DNA from: Burkholderiaceae bacterium
GTDB taxonomy: Bacteria; Pseudomonadota; Gammaproteobacteria; Burkholderiales; Burkholderiaceae_C
Direction: 5' to 3'
Length of the DNA: 64,000 nt
Assembly (NCBI GenBank): GCA_041905785.1
Contig: JAYRKJ010000005.1
Coordinates: forward strand, 188,319 to 252,318
Shown: positions 10,401 to 20,302 of the stretch, one piece after another
How positions within the stretch are numbered: position 1 is the first letter of the stretch
Layout: every line of letters starts with the position of its first letter
Position numbers and translations under genes: made by a program
Notes under the pieces: model-generated
The model's database searches: none
Told to the model about the DNA's origin: nothing
What the model saw: only the letters and a program-made list of their open reading frames with translations

Positions 10401-11880
10401 CACCGGCGACCTGGTGCGCTGGCTGCCCGGCGGGGCGCTGGAGTACCTGGGCCGCGGCGACGACCAGCTCAAGCTGCGCGGCCAGCGCATCGAACTGGGT
10501 GAGATCGAGCAATGCCTGATGGCCCAGCCCGGGGTTGCGCAGGCGGCCGTTCAGGCCATGGTGCTGTCATCGGATGCGGCCAGCGGCGATCAGCGCCAGC
10601 TGGTGGCCTATCTGGTGCCCGAGGGCGATGCGCTGCCGGACGCCGAAGTCCTGCGCCACGCGCTCAGCCGCGCCCTGCCGGCCCACATGGTGCCGGTGAG
10701 CTACCAGTGCCTGGCGGCCTTGCCGCTGAGTCCCAACGGCAAGCTGGACCGGCGCGCGCTGCCCAGGCCGGTCCTGGCGGCGGGGCCAGGTCTTGCCTCC
10801 CGCGCACCGGCCCTCGGACTGGAAAGCCGGCTGGCCGAGGCCTTTGCCCGTGTCCTGGGTCGCGAGGCCATCGGTGCCGACGACGACTTCTTCGCACTGG
10901 GCGGCCATTCCCTGATGGCCATGCGCCTGGCCGCCGAGATCCGCCGCACCCTGCAGCGGCCGGTGGCCGTGGGCCAGATCATGCTGACGCCGACCATTGC
11001 CGGCCTGGCGCAAGCGCTGCAGCAGGAAGTGATGCTCAACGACTTCGGCAGCGACGGCTTCGCCCCCGTGCTGCGCCTGCGTGAAGGAAGCACGGGGGCG
11101 GAGGCGCCGCTGTGGTGCTTCTATCCGGGCTCTGGCTTCGCCTGGCAGTACGCGGTGCTGGCCCGTCACATCCGCAGCGGCCAGCCGGTGCTGGGCCTGC
11201 AGTCGCCGCGGCCCGCCGGCCTCATCGCCAGCAGCCGGGACATGGACGAGCTGATCACGGCCCAGTTGGCGCTGATCCGCGAAATCCAGCCGCAAGGCCC
11301 CTACGACCTGCTTGGCTACTCGCTGGGCGGCACCGTGGCCTATGGCGTGGCGGCAAAGCTGAGGGAGGCCGGCGAGACGGTGCGCTTCCTCGGGCTGCTG
11401 GACACCTATCCGGCCGAGGTGCACGACTGGTCCGACCCCCAGGGCGCCGAAGCGGCCCTGGGCGCCGAGCGCGAGCAGACGCAGGTGCTGGACCAGGCCT
11501 TCGCGGGCGAGCCTTTGGGTGACGAGGACCCGGCGGAGGCTGCCGAGCTGCAGGCCCTGATGCAGCGCGAGAAGCAGGCCATGCTGGCGCAGATCTTCGC
11601 CAACTACCAGGACGCCGTGCGCCTGCTCTCGCGCGCACGCACCCCGCGCTATGACGGCCGGGTGACGCTGTTCGTCGCCGAGCGCTCGCTGCCGGCCTAC
11701 ATCCACCCCGAGCGGGACTGGTCCGGCCTCGCCGCGCAGCTGGACCTGCACCGGCTGCCCGACTGCAGTCATGAGGACATTCTTTCCCCGCAGCGGCTGC
11801 AAACGCTGGGCCCCTTGATCGACCGCCTGCTGCACGACGCCCACGCCCAGCCGGCAACTCAGAACCGCAAGGACAACTGA
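4411..11880 (+). CDS. two-module siderophore NRPS, C-A-T-C-A(Ser)-T-TE (EntF/TnbF/FreF-like)
   Basis: HHLALDG and HHLVIDG C motifs; two A domains; GGDS and GGHS T domains; GYSLGG TE; A2 code reads DVWHFSLVDK (Ser); start 4405 or 4411. Confidence 0.95.
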   Translation: MNNRAPSLELRSKDHPRSAAREVPPLPASSAPQPSDGTPQEAALALPLVAAQPGIWMAEQVADQPGSAYTIAHCVELSGPLDAAAMTQAMRQGLAQAQTLHARYEDRGDGTVLQHLPSAVHPDEVRVPDLIDLRDSPEAAAQAQAQAWMAQDIGQARALSDPRQAYRHALIRMPDRQGQACWWWYLRCHHLALDGYSLNAVTRQIAALYRRGMGGGEPDAAPWVGTEAVVQEYQAYEASPAFDADRRFWAEYGAALPAAQGLAARPLGDDAPTPQVLLQDLALPLERMEALRGLIESDERARKARLTAADLIQGAMAAYLGRWIGLDLVLGVPFMRRLGSVALQALVPVVNVLPVRVQLDAGMDWVAVAMTMKQALQVVRPHQRYAAEQIQRDLHRLGAGQRLYGPVLNHKLFDLELDLGDVRGRARHLATGPVDDIEMSLMVHADRVQLELRGAVGRYDAAELAAHAQRLSQWLDAWGRQPDLKLRDLPWCTPQELVRIQHWSTGPQVDAPESWHFTRRLESQAAEHPLETAVVFRDEALNYAELLARVRTLADWLRGQGARRGEVVALALPRSIDALVGLLAVMDSGAALLPLDLDYPAERLGWMCDDARPRMVLTHSAVPAVSPEGLRRVDLDDPQLLRQLAARAGAGDAGSSREGDGPRPEDVAYIIFTSGSTGRPKGVLNTHGALMNLLEAHRASLYEPALSAVAQRHGRRLRAAHTHSFSFDSSWIQLLWLTQGQVLHLMDEDTRRDAHALVADIRRHALDALDLPPSFLAQMMSEGLFEPGAHHPTLVLIGGEAAPAALWQQLRAVPALQAHNLYGPTENTVDTLRADVARHESPVVGRPIAGVQVRVLDAWLRPVAQGAVGELYIAGAGLARGYLARPGLTASRFVADPFAAAGLASRMYRTGDLVRWNAQGQLEYLGRSDDQVKVRGYRVELGEIESALSLLPGVQSAVVLPQTLHATQRLLAYCVVPGLDDAQRLRRAAELRAQLRERLPEYMVPAALTVLDSFPRNVSGKIDRQRLPAPQFESSVSQPATPHEALLCAAMAQVLQREAIGPEEDFFQQGGDSISAIMLCTALRRQGWVLTPRQVFMHPRPQALATLLQPLDAEADATPGQAWSPAAELRERLAARHGDFAAALPLLPLQKGMLFHTLLALDQAAGAHATHAIHGAYAAFTRLRLEGPLDIDRLRQSLDAALRRHPQLAGLFDVQADAEPVFLMPAQADALHWPWQLHDLSGLPDDAQAPALAALQGRLLSQGYSPLRWGGMIQAALVRHGATRHSLLMMVHHLVIDGWSSPVLLRDLLDAYRANTARLPALSRSYADVMVQLAGRTLDESRAWWREAVPKLTPTLLCEGKPPQGAVREHSLRLPEPLAESLRQALRERGLTLHVLMQGLWALALSAMTGRDSVVFGTPVSGRSTAVEGIAEQVGLFLNTLPVEVSLRQDQALWPQLEALQRSHAERMAHDGVGLAEIQQMAGGPLFDTLLVVENYPDSDYLTEALPGAGAAAGEEGQVLRVTEVHNRGTSHYPLALLVLPGDGLTLLLEDRGVLTDGQALLERLARWIGLLLEQSSLPLCRYPLQVSREGRLLQAINDTDHPVPRHTLRSWLDEQARRNPDAPALIDEAQRLSYAEVRHQVRVLAGELQARGAGPGGIVAVALPRSVRLSLALMAVIEAGAAYLPLDLSYPDERLRFMLEDAAPAVLIAGSEQLARLLPAPPDSRPALQPLVYDALRPGHEAPAITVALRADDPAYLIYTSGTTGRPKGTLVSHRAIVNRIAWMQDAYPLGPQDVVLQKTPCGFDVSVWEFFWPLLVGARLVMAPPDSHRDPAALQQLIERHRVSCLHFVPSMLAVFNEHLGTQDTTRVAQACASLRLVFCSGEALPTALAREVSLRLPAALHNLYGPTEAAVDVSYHPAHAEGLAQQGPGVPIGRPVWNTQLLVLDRWLRPVPLGAVGELYLGGVQLALGYLGRPALTASRFVASPFGDGERLYRTGDLVRWLPGGALEYLGRGDDQLKLRGQRIELGEIEQCLMAQPGVAQAAVQAMVLSSDAASGDQRQLVAYLVPEGDALPDAEVLRHALSRALPAHMVPVSYQCLAALPLSPNGKLDRRALPRPVLAAGPGLASRAPALGLESRLAEAFARVLGREAIGADDDFFALGGHSLMAMRLAAEIRRTLQRPVAVGQIMLTPTIAGLAQALQQEVMLNDFGSDGFAPVLRLREGSTGAEAPLWCFYPGSGFAWQYAVLARHIRSGQPVLGLQSPRPAGLIASSRDMDELITAQLALIREIQPQGPYDLLGYSLGGTVAYGVAAKLREAGETVRFLGLLDTYPAEVHDWSDPQGAEAALGAEREQTQVLDQAFAGEPLGDEDPAEAAELQALMQREKQAMLAQIFANYQDAVRLLSRARTPRYDGRVTLFVAERSLPAYIHPERDWSGLAAQLDLHRLPDCSHEDILSPQRLQTLGPLIDRLLHDAHAQPATQNRKDN

Positions 11881-11881
11881 T

Positions 11882-13159
11882 ATGAGCAACGCTTCTTCCA
11901 AGCCACGGACCGGCCTGGACTGGGGACTCCTGGCCAGGAATCCCCATTTCCGCCACGTCTTCATCGCCCGCACCATCTCGCTGCTGGGACTGGGCTTCCT
12001 CTCGGTGGCCGTGCCCTTGCAGGTCTTCCAGCTCAGCGGCGACAGCGCTGCCGTCGGGCTGGCGATGGCGCTGGAGGGCGCCGGCATGTTCGCGGGCCTG
12101 CTGGCGGGCGGCGTGCTGGCGGACCGCCACGACCGCAAGCGCCTGATCCTGCTGGCCCGCGCCGCCTGCGGCCTGGGATTCCTGGGCCTCGCGCTCAACG
12201 CCTGGGCAGCCAGCGCCTGGCCCCGGCCGCTGGTGCTGGCCCTGGTGTACGGGCTGGCGGCCTGGGATGGGCTCTTCGGCGCCATCGGCGTGACCGCGCT
12301 GTTGGCGGCCATGCCCCAGCTGGTCGGCCGCGAGAACTTGCTGCAGGCCCGCGCCATGAGCATGCTGAGCATGCGCCTGGCCACCGTGGCATCGCCGGCG
12401 CTGGGCGGCCTGCTGATCGCCGCCTGGGGCGTGGGCTGGAACTACCTGCTGGCCGCCCTGGCCACCGGCCTGACGCTGCTGCCGCTGCTGCGCCTGCCGC
12501 CCATGCGCCCGCCTGCCGCGGACGACAGCCATCCGCTGCGCGCCCTGGCTGACGGCCTGCGCTATCTGGTGCGCAACAAGGTGGTGGCCAGCGTGGTGCT
12601 CGTGGGCAGCCTGGTCAGCTTCACCACGGCGGTGCGCGCCCTGTTTCCGGCCCTGGCGCAGCAGGCCTATGGTGGCGGCGCGCTGGAGCTGGGCTTGATG
12701 TACTCCGCCGTACCGCTGGGCGCGGCGCTGTCCGCCGCCCTGAGCGGCTGGGCTGAACGGCTGGAGCGCCCGGGCCTGGCCCTGCAGTGGCTGGGGCTGG
12801 CCGCATTTGCCTGCCTGCTGGCCCTGGGCCTCAACGGTTCCTTCGTCCTCGCGCTGCTCCTGCTGGCGCTGTTCGGTGGCCTGGTGTCGCTGGCCGGGCT
12901 GCTGCAGTACGCGCTGGTGCAGGGGCACACGCCGGATGCCTACCTCGGCCGCGTCAACGGTCTGTGGAGCGCGCAGGACGCCTTGGGCGACTCCATCGGC
13001 ACCGTGGCCATCGGCCTGCTGGCCCAGACCCTGTCGCCCCTGGGCGGCGTGGCCGCACTCGGCGGCGCAGGCCTGGCGCTCGGACTCTGGGCGCTCACCA
13101 GCCTGCCCCGGCTGCGCAGGGCTGCTGCCGAAGACACCGCGCTCCAGGCGCAACCCTGA
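11882..13159 (+). CDS. entS: catecholate siderophore MFS exporter
   Basis: HFRHVFIARTISLLGLG, GGVLADRHDRKRLILLAR, YLGRVNGLWSAQ; 12-TM pattern. Confidence 0.9.
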   Translation: MSNASSKPRTGLDWGLLARNPHFRHVFIARTISLLGLGFLSVAVPLQVFQLSGDSAAVGLAMALEGAGMFAGLLAGGVLADRHDRKRLILLARAACGLGFLGLALNAWAASAWPRPLVLALVYGLAAWDGLFGAIGVTALLAAMPQLVGRENLLQARAMSMLSMRLATVASPALGGLLIAAWGVGWNYLLAALATGLTLLPLLRLPPMRPPAADDSHPLRALADGLRYLVRNKVVASVVLVGSLVSFTTAVRALFPALAQQAYGGGALELGLMYSAVPLGAALSAALSGWAERLERPGLALQWLGLAAFACLLALGLNGSFVLALLLLALFGGLVSLAGLLQYALVQGHTPDAYLGRVNGLWSAQDALGDSIGTVAIGLLAQTLSPLGGVAALGGAGLALGLWALTSLPRLRRAAAEDTALQAQP

Positions 13160-13177
13160 TCCGAAAGAAGGTAAGCC

Positions 13178-14413
13178 ATGTTGACTCCCACCCGAAGGAC
13201 CGAGGCCGTCAGCCCGTCCGGTACCCGACGCGTCGAGCAGGACGCAGCCGGACTGAGCGCCGAGTTCGTGTTCAGCTCGCCCCACCGCAGTCTGCTGGCT
13301 CGAGGCTGCCTGGCGCGCATCGAAAGCCCCGTGCATGAGCGGGCGCGAGAGGACGATGCCAGACAGTCGGCGTTTCTGAAGACCGTGCAGGCCGCACTGG
13401 ACCTGGCGCGCAAGAAGGGCCAGCGCCATCCGGTCGTCCTGGGCGCCATTCCCTTTGACACGCGCCAGCCTTCGGCCCTGGTGGTGCCGCAGGAGGTCGA
13501 GTTCATCGACCGCGAGGCCTTGATGGCGCGGGCACGGGTCTCGCCTCTGCAGGCACGCGTCGCAGCCGCGCGCAGCATTCCCGACCAGCAGTGCTTCAAG
13601 CAGGGCGTGCGGCAGGCCATCGCCAACTTCCAGCACAGCTGCATCCGCAAGGCCGTGCTGTCGCGTCTGTGCGAGATCGAGCTGGAGCAGCCCGTGGACA
13701 TCGAGGGGCTGCTGGCCAACCTCATGGTGCAGAACCCAGCGGCCTACCACTTCAGGCTGCCCATGGGCGACGGCTCGGCGCTGCTCGGCGCCAGCCCCGA
13801 GCTGCTGCTGCGCCTGCAGGGCCGGCAGGTGGAGACTTTTCCGCTGGCCGGCACCGCGGCGAGGCAGGCATCGGCCGCCGATGACGAGGCCGTGGCGCAG
13901 CGGCTGCTCGCTTCAGGCAAGGATCTGCACGAGCACCGCCTGGTGGTGGAGGACATCCAGCAGCGCCTGCGACCGCTGTGCGACGCGCTGGAGGTGCCGC
14001 CCGGGCCGGCCCTGGTGTCCACGCCCCATCTGTGGCACCTGGGCACGCCCATCGCCGGCCAACTGAAGGCAGGCGCCACCGCGCCGCTGGCCGCGCTGGA
14101 CCTGGCCTGCCTGCTGCATCCCACGCCCGCGGTCTGCGGGTTCCCGCGCCTGCAGGCCAGCAAGCTGGTGCACCTGATCGAACCTTTCGAGCGCGGCCCT
14201 TTCACCGGCATCGTGGGCTGGTGCGACGCCGAAGGGCAGGGCGAATGGGTGGTCACCATCCGCTGCGCCACCGTGCTGGCGCGCCGGCTGCGGCTCTTTG
14301 CAGGCGTGGGCGTGGTGGAGGCCTCCTGCCCCGATGCCGAGTGGGCGGAAACGCAAGCCAAGCTGGGCACCATGCTGCGCGCCATCGGCCTCGGTCCGGA
14401 GGTGCTGGCATGA
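13178..14413 (+). CDS. entC: isochorismate synthase
   Basis: KAVLSR, GASPELL, PLAGT, KDLHEH, LHPTPAVCG, FTGIVGW, FAGVGVV MST-family motifs. Confidence 0.93.
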   Translation: MLTPTRRTEAVSPSGTRRVEQDAAGLSAEFVFSSPHRSLLARGCLARIESPVHERAREDDARQSAFLKTVQAALDLARKKGQRHPVVLGAIPFDTRQPSALVVPQEVEFIDREALMARARVSPLQARVAAARSIPDQQCFKQGVRQAIANFQHSCIRKAVLSRLCEIELEQPVDIEGLLANLMVQNPAAYHFRLPMGDGSALLGASPELLLRLQGRQVETFPLAGTAARQASAADDEAVAQRLLASGKDLHEHRLVVEDIQQRLRPLCDALEVPPGPALVSTPHLWHLGTPIAGQLKAGATAPLAALDLACLLHPTPAVCGFPRLQASKLVHLIEPFERGPFTGIVGWCDAEGQGEWVVTIRCATVLARRLRLFAGVGVVEASCPDAEWAETQAKLGTMLRAIGLGPEVLA

Positions 14414-16107
14414 GCGCGACACCATGCGTGACGCAGGCGAAGCAGCCGTCGCGTCGCATCGAGTTCACGCCCTGGCCGGCCGAGCTGGCGCGCCGCTACC
14501 GCAGCGAGGGTTACTGGCTGGACCGGCCACTGCTGGCGCTGCTGGAGGACGGCCATGCCGCTCAGGCGGGGGTGGCATCGGCCGCGCCGGCGCTGATCTG
14601 CGGCGATCGGCGGTTCAGCTATGGCGACATGGCCGCGGCCGTCGAGCGCCTGGCCGCCAGCCTTTGGGCGCGCGGGCTGCGTGGCCATGACACCGCACTG
14701 GTCCAACTGCCCAACGTGGCGGAGTTCTACCTCGTCTTCTTCGCCCTGCTGCGCATCGGCGTGGTGCCGGTCAACGCCCTGTTCAGCCACAAGCGGCATG
14801 AACTCAGCGCCTATGCCGCGCAGGTCCGCCCGAGCCTGCTGATCGCCGACCGCAGCCATGACTTGTTTGCCGATGAGGGCTTTGCGACCTCGCTGCGGCA
14901 GGAGAACCCGCAACTGCAGCACCTGCTGCTGCGCGGCGAGCCCACGGGACCGCACAGCCTGGACGAGGCAATGGCAGCGGCGCTGCCGGCGAACTGGCCC
15001 GGCGATGCCGCGCCGACGCCGCCTGAGGATGTGGCTTTCTTCCAGCTCTCCGGCGGCAGCACCGGCACGCCCAAGCTGATCCCGCGGACCCACAACGATT
15101 ACGACTACAGCGTGCGCCGCAGCGCGCAAATCTGCCGCTTGAACCCGCAGACGCGCTACCTCTGCGCCTTGCCGGCCGCGCACAACTTCCCGCTGAGCTC
15201 GCCGGGCGCGCTGGGCGTCTTTCACGCCGGCGGCTGCGTGGTGCTGGCCGGCAGCCCGGAGCCCCTGGCCTGCTTCGAGCTGGTCGAGCGCCACCAGGTG
15301 ACGATGACGGGGCTGGTGCCCTCGGCCGTGTCGCTGTGGATGCAGACCGTGCAGGGCGATCCGTCGCGGCGCTCCCAGCTGCGGACGCTGGCGCTGCTGC
15401 AGGTGGGCGGCGCCAGCTTCGCCGAGTCGCTGGCGCGGCGCGTGCCCGAACTGCTGGGCTGCCGGCTGCAGCAGGTCTTCGGCATGGCCGAAGGGCTGGT
15501 GAACTACACGCGGCTGGACGATGACGAGGCCCGGGTCATGGGCACGCAGGGCCGGCCCATGAGTCCGGCCGACGAGGTCGAGGTGCGTGATGCCGATGGT
15601 GTCCCGCTGCCGCCGGGAGAAGTGGGCCTGCTGGCCACGCGCGGCCCTTATACCTTTCGCGGCTACTACCGCAGCCCGGAGCACAACCTGCGCGTTTTCG
15701 ACGCCCGCGGCTTCTACAGCTCCGGCGACCTCGTCCGGCGCCTGCCGGACGGCTATTTGTGCGTGGTCGGTCGGGTCAAGGACCAGATCAACCGCGGGGG
15801 CGAGAAGATCGCCGCCGAGGAGATCGAGGAACTGCTGCTGCGCCATGCCGACATCCAGCAGGTGGGCGTTGTCGCGCTGCCCGACGAGCGCCTGGGCGAG
15901 AAGAGCTGTGCCTGCTTCGTGAGCGACAGGGCGGATCTCAGCGCCGCGCAGCTGCGCCGTTTCCTGCGCGAGCAGGGCGTGGCGGACTACAAGGTGCCGG
16001 ACCGCTTCGAACGCCTGCAGGCGCTGCCGCTGACCGCCGTCGGCAAAGTGGACAAACAAGGCCTGCGTGCCCTCGTTCTGGCCGAGCCATTCCCTTCCAA
16101 GACCTGA
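14410..16107 (+). CDS. entE: 2,3-dihydroxybenzoate-AMP ligase
   Basis: FQLSGGSTGTPKLIPRTHNDY, HNFPLSSPG, QQVFGMAEGL; ATGA overlap with entC. Confidence 0.95.
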   Translation: MSATPCVTQAKQPSRRIEFTPWPAELARRYRSEGYWLDRPLLALLEDGHAAQAGVASAAPALICGDRRFSYGDMAAAVERLAASLWARGLRGHDTALVQLPNVAEFYLVFFALLRIGVVPVNALFSHKRHELSAYAAQVRPSLLIADRSHDLFADEGFATSLRQENPQLQHLLLRGEPTGPHSLDEAMAAALPANWPGDAAPTPPEDVAFFQLSGGSTGTPKLIPRTHNDYDYSVRRSAQICRLNPQTRYLCALPAAHNFPLSSPGALGVFHAGGCVVLAGSPEPLACFELVERHQVTMTGLVPSAVSLWMQTVQGDPSRRSQLRTLALLQVGGASFAESLARRVPELLGCRLQQVFGMAEGLVNYTRLDDDEARVMGTQGRPMSPADEVEVRDADGVPLPPGEVGLLATRGPYTFRGYYRSPEHNLRVFDARGFYSSGDLVRRLPDGYLCVVGRVKDQINRGGEKIAAEEIEELLLRHADIQQVGVVALPDERLGEKSCACFVSDRADLSAAQLRRFLREQGVADYKVPDRFERLQALPLTAVGKVDKQGLRALVLAEPFPSKT

Positions 16108-16115
16108 GAGATTCC

Positions 16116-17000
16116 ATGAGCATTCCTGCCCTTTCTTCTTATCCCATGCCGGCCACCGCGGACTTTCCGAAGTCCAAGGTGTCCTGGCCGCTCCAGTCCT
16201 CGCGTGCCGTACTGCTCGTGCATGACATGCAGGACTACTTCCTGCGCAGCTACGGCGAGCAAAGCCCGCTGCGCGACACCCTGCTGCAGCGCTTGCAGGC
16301 CCTGCGCGACTGGGCCCATGCGCGACAGGTGCCGGTGGTCTACACCGCGCAAGCCGCGGAGCAGGCCCCGCAGGACCGTGCCCTGCTGAACGACATGTGG
16401 GGGCCGGGCCTGACCGCCGCCGACCCGGCGCTTGCGGCGATCGCCGCCCCTCTGGCGCCGGCCGCCAGCGACGTGGTGCTATGCAAATGGCGCTACAGCG
16501 CCTTCCAGCGCTCGGACCTGGCCGCGCTGATGCGTCGGTGGGGCCGCGACCAGCTGCTCATCGGCGGCGTGTATGCGCACATCGGCTGCCTGATGACGGC
16601 GGTCGAGGCCTTCATGCAGGACATCCAGCCCTTCATGGTGGGAGATGCGGTGGCGGACTTCTCGCTCGAGGAACATCAGATGGCGCTTCGCTACGTCGCC
16701 GGGCGCGCGGGCCGGGTGATCAGCAGCGCGGATGTCCTGGCGCTCGACGCCGAGCCCCTGAGCTGGGAACGCTTCAAAGCCAGCGTGCTGGAGCGCCTTC
16801 CCGAAGGGCAGGGTGGCCTGCAGGACGACGACAACCTGCTGGACTTCGGGCTGGACTCCGTGCAGCTGATGGAGCTGATCGCCACCTGGTCGCGCCAGGG
16901 CGTGAAGCTGAGCTTCGAAGCCCTGGCCCGCAGCCCCAGCCTGCGCGCCTGGCGGGCGCTGCTCAGGCAGGTACAGGCGCCTGCAGGGGAGCCGGCATGA
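16116..17000 (+). CDS. entB: isochorismatase / aryl carrier protein
   Basis: [25 protein letters not shown]; C-terminal Ar[14 protein letters not shown]. Confidence 0.95.
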   Translation: MSIPALSSYPMPATADFPKSKVSWPLQSSRAVLLVHDMQDYFLRSYGEQSPLRDTLLQRLQALRDWAHARQVPVVYTAQAAEQAPQDRALLNDMWGPGLTAADPALAAIAAPLAPAASDVVLCKWRYSAFQRSDLAALMRRWGRDQLLIGGVYAHIGCLMTAVEAFMQDIQPFMVGDAVADFSLEEHQMALRYVAGRAGRVISSADVLALDAEPLSWERFKASVLERLPEGQGGLQDDDNLLDFGLDSVQLMELIATWSRQGVKLSFEALARSPSLRAWRALLRQVQAPAGEPA

Positions 17001-17767
17001 ACGCCTCTGGCTTCAAGGGCCGCGTGGTCTGGGTGAGCGGCGCGGGCAGCGGCATTGGCCGTGCCGCGGCACAGGCCTTCCACGATGCCGGCGCGCGCGT
17101 GCTGGGACTGGATCGCCGCTTCGACGAAAGCGGGCCTGAAGGCCAGGCACCCGCTTACGAGACCCTGGTGCTGGACCTCAGCCAGCCCGAGGCCGTGGCG
17201 CGCTTGTGCCGTGATCGGCTGGCGGCTCAAGGGCGCATCGACGTGCTGGTGCATGCCGCGGGCATCCTGCGCATGGGGCGCACGGACGAGTTGAGCCTGG
17301 ACGATTGGCAGCAGAGCCTGCAGGTGAACGCCTCGGCGGCATTCCATCTCTTCCATGCGTTGGTGCCGCAATTCAAGAAGCAAGGGCAGGGCGCCATCGT
17401 CGTGCTCGGCTCCAATGCGGCCCATGTTCCGCGCGTGGGCATGGCGGCCTATTGCGCGTCCAAGGCGGCCCTTCGAAGCCTCAGCCAGTGCGTGGCACTG
17501 GAGCTGGCACCCTTTGGCGTGCGCTGCAATCTCGTGTCACCCGGCACCACGCGCACGCCGATGCTGCAGGCCATGGGCATGGACGAGGCAGGCATCCAGC
17601 GCACCATCGAGGGCCTGCCGGTGCAGTACAAGCTGGGCATTCCGCTGGGCAAGATCGCCGAGACCCGGGACGTGGTGGACGCTGTCCTCTTCCTGGCCTC
17701 GGAGAACGCCGGACACATCACCCTGCACGACCTGCTCGTGGACGGTGGCGCCACCCTGGGAGCATGA
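16997..17767 (+). CDS. entA: 2,3-dihydro-2,3-dihydroxybenzoate dehydrogenase
   Basis: SDR GAGSGIG and YCASK; SNAAHVPR; KLGIPLGKIA; DGGATLGA. Confidence 0.95.
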   Translation: MNASGFKGRVVWVSGAGSGIGRAAAQAFHDAGARVLGLDRRFDESGPEGQAPAYETLVLDLSQPEAVARLCRDRLAAQGRIDVLVHAAGILRMGRTDELSLDDWQQSLQVNASAAFHLFHALVPQFKKQGQGAIVVLGSNAAHVPRVGMAAYCASKAALRSLSQCVALELAPFGVRCNLVSPGTTRTPMLQAMGMDEAGIQRTIEGLPVQYKLGIPLGKIAETRDVVDAVLFLASENAGHITLHDLLVDGGATLGA

Positions 17768-18901
17768 ATGGACACCAAGCTCAGAACGGACCGGCCCGAG
17801 CGGCCGCCGGCGCAGGACCGGTCGATGCGGCCGCCGCAGGTCCTGCCATCACCGCTTCAGCTGCGCCAGCAGACAGACGCCCCGGATCGCGAGGGGCTGG
17901 CTCTGATCGGCACGAGCCGCGCCCGCATTCGCCAACTGCTGCAGGGCCAGGATGACCGGCTGCTGGTGGTCATGGGCCCGTGTTCCATCCATGACCCACG
18001 CGCTGCGCTGGAGTACGCCAAGCGCCTGGCGCGTGAGCGCGACCGGCGCGGCGGCGAGCTGGAGCTGGTCATGCGCGTCTACTTCGAGAAGCCGCGTACA
18101 ACGGTGGGTTGGAAGGGCCTGATCCAGGACCCCTGGCTCGACGGCACGGGACAGCTGCACGAAGGGCTGTTCCTGGCCCGCCAGCTGCTGGTCGACATCA
18201 ACCGCCTGGCGCTGCCTGCCGCGACGGAATTCCTGGATCCCTTGGTGGCGCCTTTCGTGGAGGACCTGGTGAGTTGGGGCGCCGTGGGGGCGCGAACGAC
18301 CGAAAGCCAGACCCATCGCGAGATGGCTTCGGGTTTGCCCATGCCGATCGGATTCAAGAACGGCACGGACGGGAACGTGCGCATTGCCTGCGACGCGATC
18401 GAGGCGGCCTCCGTGCCGCACCACCGCCTGGCCCTGCATCCTGCCGGCAGTGTGGTGGCCCTGCGCACCAGGGGCAATCCCGACGGCCACCTGATCCTGC
18501 GCGGCGGACTGGAGCCCAACTACCAGGCCGGTCCCGTGGCGCAAGCTTGCGAGGCCTTGAGGAAGCGGGGGCTGCCGACGCGCCTGGTGGTGGACTGCAG
18601 CCATGGCAACAGCAGCAAGCAGCATGAACGGCAGCGGCTGGTGGCGGCAGACGTTGCTGCGCGCATCGCGGCAGGCGAGCGCCATGTTTGCGGCCTGATG
18701 GTGGAGAGCCACCTGAAGGCCGGCAGCCAGCCCTTCGTCGCCGGCCTTCACAAGGCCGATGCGCTGGTCTACGGGCAAAGCATCACCGATGGCTGCCTGG
18801 ACTGGCCATCCAGCCTGGAGCTGCTGGACGAGCTGCAGACGGCGGTGATCGCCCGCCGTTCGCTGCGCCGGACGCAGGGTCTGAACTTGACGGGCGCATG
18901 A
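17768..18901 (+). CDS. DAHP synthase, class I-alpha (siderophore-cluster copy)
   Basis: GPCSIHD, YFEKPRTTVGWKG, GARTTESQTHR, GFKNGT, DCSHGNS, SITDGC. Confidence 0.93.
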   Translation: MDTKLRTDRPERPPAQDRSMRPPQVLPSPLQLRQQTDAPDREGLALIGTSRARIRQLLQGQDDRLLVVMGPCSIHDPRAALEYAKRLARERDRRGGELELVMRVYFEKPRTTVGWKGLIQDPWLDGTGQLHEGLFLARQLLVDINRLALPAATEFLDPLVAPFVEDLVSWGAVGARTTESQTHREMASGLPMPIGFKNGTDGNVRIACDAIEAASVPHHRLALHPAGSVVALRTRGNPDGHLILRGGLEPNYQAGPVAQACEALRKRGLPTRLVVDCSHGNSSKQHERQRLVAADVAARIAAGERHVCGLMVESHLKAGSQPFVAGLHKADALVYGQSITDGCLDWPSSLELLDELQTAVIARRSLRRTQGLNLTGA

Positions 18902-18964
18902 CGGAGCAAAGCATGGCCATGTGATTTGCTTTGCATCTAATGCCAGTTTCTCAATTGCCGTAAC

Positions 18965-18979
18965 TGAGGCTCAATCTCA
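18965..18979. promoter_or_regulatory. candidate Fur-like 7-1-7 box upstream of second DAHP synthase
   Basis: TGAGGCT-C-AATCTCA; 9/14 to TGATAAT-N-ATTATCA and similar to the ftrA box; 45 nt before ATG. Confidence 0.33.
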
Positions 18980-19024
18980 TTCACTCGCTGGCCTGGAGGA
19001 CAGCGATGCTGAAGGAGATGTGAC

Positions 19025-20110
19025 ATGACCGTCGAAGTCGCCCGTTCCGCGCCCGGCTTTGTGGCCGAGCTGCTGACGCCAGGACAACTCAAGCGCCTGA
19101 TCCCCTGCAGTGCGGCCTCTGCCGCCACAGTGCAGCAGGCGCGCAAGAACATTCGGAGCATTCTGCAGGGGGGCAGTAACCGGCTGCTCGTCCTGATCGG
19201 CCCTTGCTCGATCCATGACTGCATGGCTGCCCGCCACTATGCGCGGCGCCTGCTGCGCATGCGAGAGCAGTGGGGTCAGGAGCTCGAAATCGTGATGCGT
19301 GCCTACCTGGAAAAACCCAGGACCACGCTGGGCTGGACGGGGCTGCTCAACGACCCCTTTCTAGACGGCAGCGGCCTGATTTCCCATGGGCTGGAGATCG
19401 GCCGCAGCCTGCTGGAGGAGCTCAACGCCATGGGCGTGCCGGTGGCCCACGAGATCGTGGCACCGGCCTCCTTGAGCTACCTCGATGACCTGCTGTCCTG
19501 GGTGGCCATCGGCGCTCGTACATCGGCGTCGCCGGTGCATCGTCAGCTTGCTTCGGGGCTGGACATCCCTGTCGGATTCAAGAATGGCGTGGAAGGGCAG
19601 GTGCAGGTGGCGGTGGAAGGCATCTTGTCGGCGCGGCATCCCCACAGCTATCTCGCGGTTCGACCGCAGGGGTCGCTCGGGATCTACAACAGCAGCGGCA
19701 ACGTCGACGCCCACCTGGTGATGCGCGGCGGCAAGCATCCCAATTTCGACGCCCAGAGCCTGGCCGAGGCAGCGTCCCTGCTGCGTGCGGCCGGCCTTGC
19801 CGACACCCTGGTGGTCGATGCCAGCCACGGAAACAGCCAGAAGGACCATCGCCGCCAGGGATTCGTGTGCGCTGACCTAGCAGGGCAGATCAGCGGCGGC
19901 AACCGTTCCATTGCCGGCGTAATGATTGAGAGCAACCTGCAGGCCGGCCGGCAGGACATCAAGCCTGGCAAAGTGCCGGATCCCGAGCTGAGCGTCACGG
20001 ATGCCTGCATAGGCTGGGATGAAAGCGCCGAGATCCTGGGCATGCTCGCGCAAGCGGTGAAGGCACGACGTCAGCGCAACCGGGCGCCTGCTTCCGAGGT
20101 CACTTTCTGA
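19025..20110 (+). CDS. DAHP synthase, class I-alpha (second, divergent copy)
   Basis: GPCSIHD, YLEKPRTTLGWTG, AIGART, GFKNG, DASHGNS, GVMIES, SVTDACIGW; AAGGAG RBS. Confidence 0.9.
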   Translation: MTVEVARSAPGFVAELLTPGQLKRLIPCSAASAATVQQARKNIRSILQGGSNRLLVLIGPCSIHDCMAARHYARRLLRMREQWGQELEIVMRAYLEKPRTTLGWTGLLNDPFLDGSGLISHGLEIGRSLLEELNAMGVPVAHEIVAPASLSYLDDLLSWVAIGARTSASPVHRQLASGLDIPVGFKNGVEGQVQVAVEGILSARHPHSYLAVRPQGSLGIYNSSGNVDAHLVMRGGKHPNFDAQSLAEAASLLRAAGLADTLVVDASHGNSQKDHRRQGFVCADLAGQISGGNRSIAGVMIESNLQAGRQDIKPGKVPDPELSVTDACIGWDESAEILGMLAQAVKARRQRNRAPASEVTF

Positions 20111-20154
20111 GGCCACTGTCTGAGGCCACTGTCTGAGGCCACTGTCTGAGGCCA
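20106..20154 (+). repeat. 13-bp tandem repeat, 3.8 copies
   Basis: TCTGAGGCCACTG x3 plus TCTGAGGCCA; first copy contains the DAHP synthase stop codon. Confidence 0.95.
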
Positions 20155-20302
20155 ATTCTCGAGGAACGCCAGGCCAGCCGCGCGTGGCAGCCCCCCCCTG
20201 ACGGCACCCACCCGGCCGGACGGGCCGCACCGCCTTCTCTTCATTCGAACGCCCCCCCGACGCGATCACCCTCGGGAAGCGCCCATTTCAAGGACTTGCA
20301 CC

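Noticed and set aside
18985-19006. TCGCTG-N10-CAGCGA lux-box-like repeat before the second DAHP synthase
   Set aside because: Only about 19 nt from the start codon and GC-rich; too close for an activator site and a likely chance match
20106-20154. CRISPR array
   Set aside because: 13-bp head-to-tail units with no spacers and no cas genes
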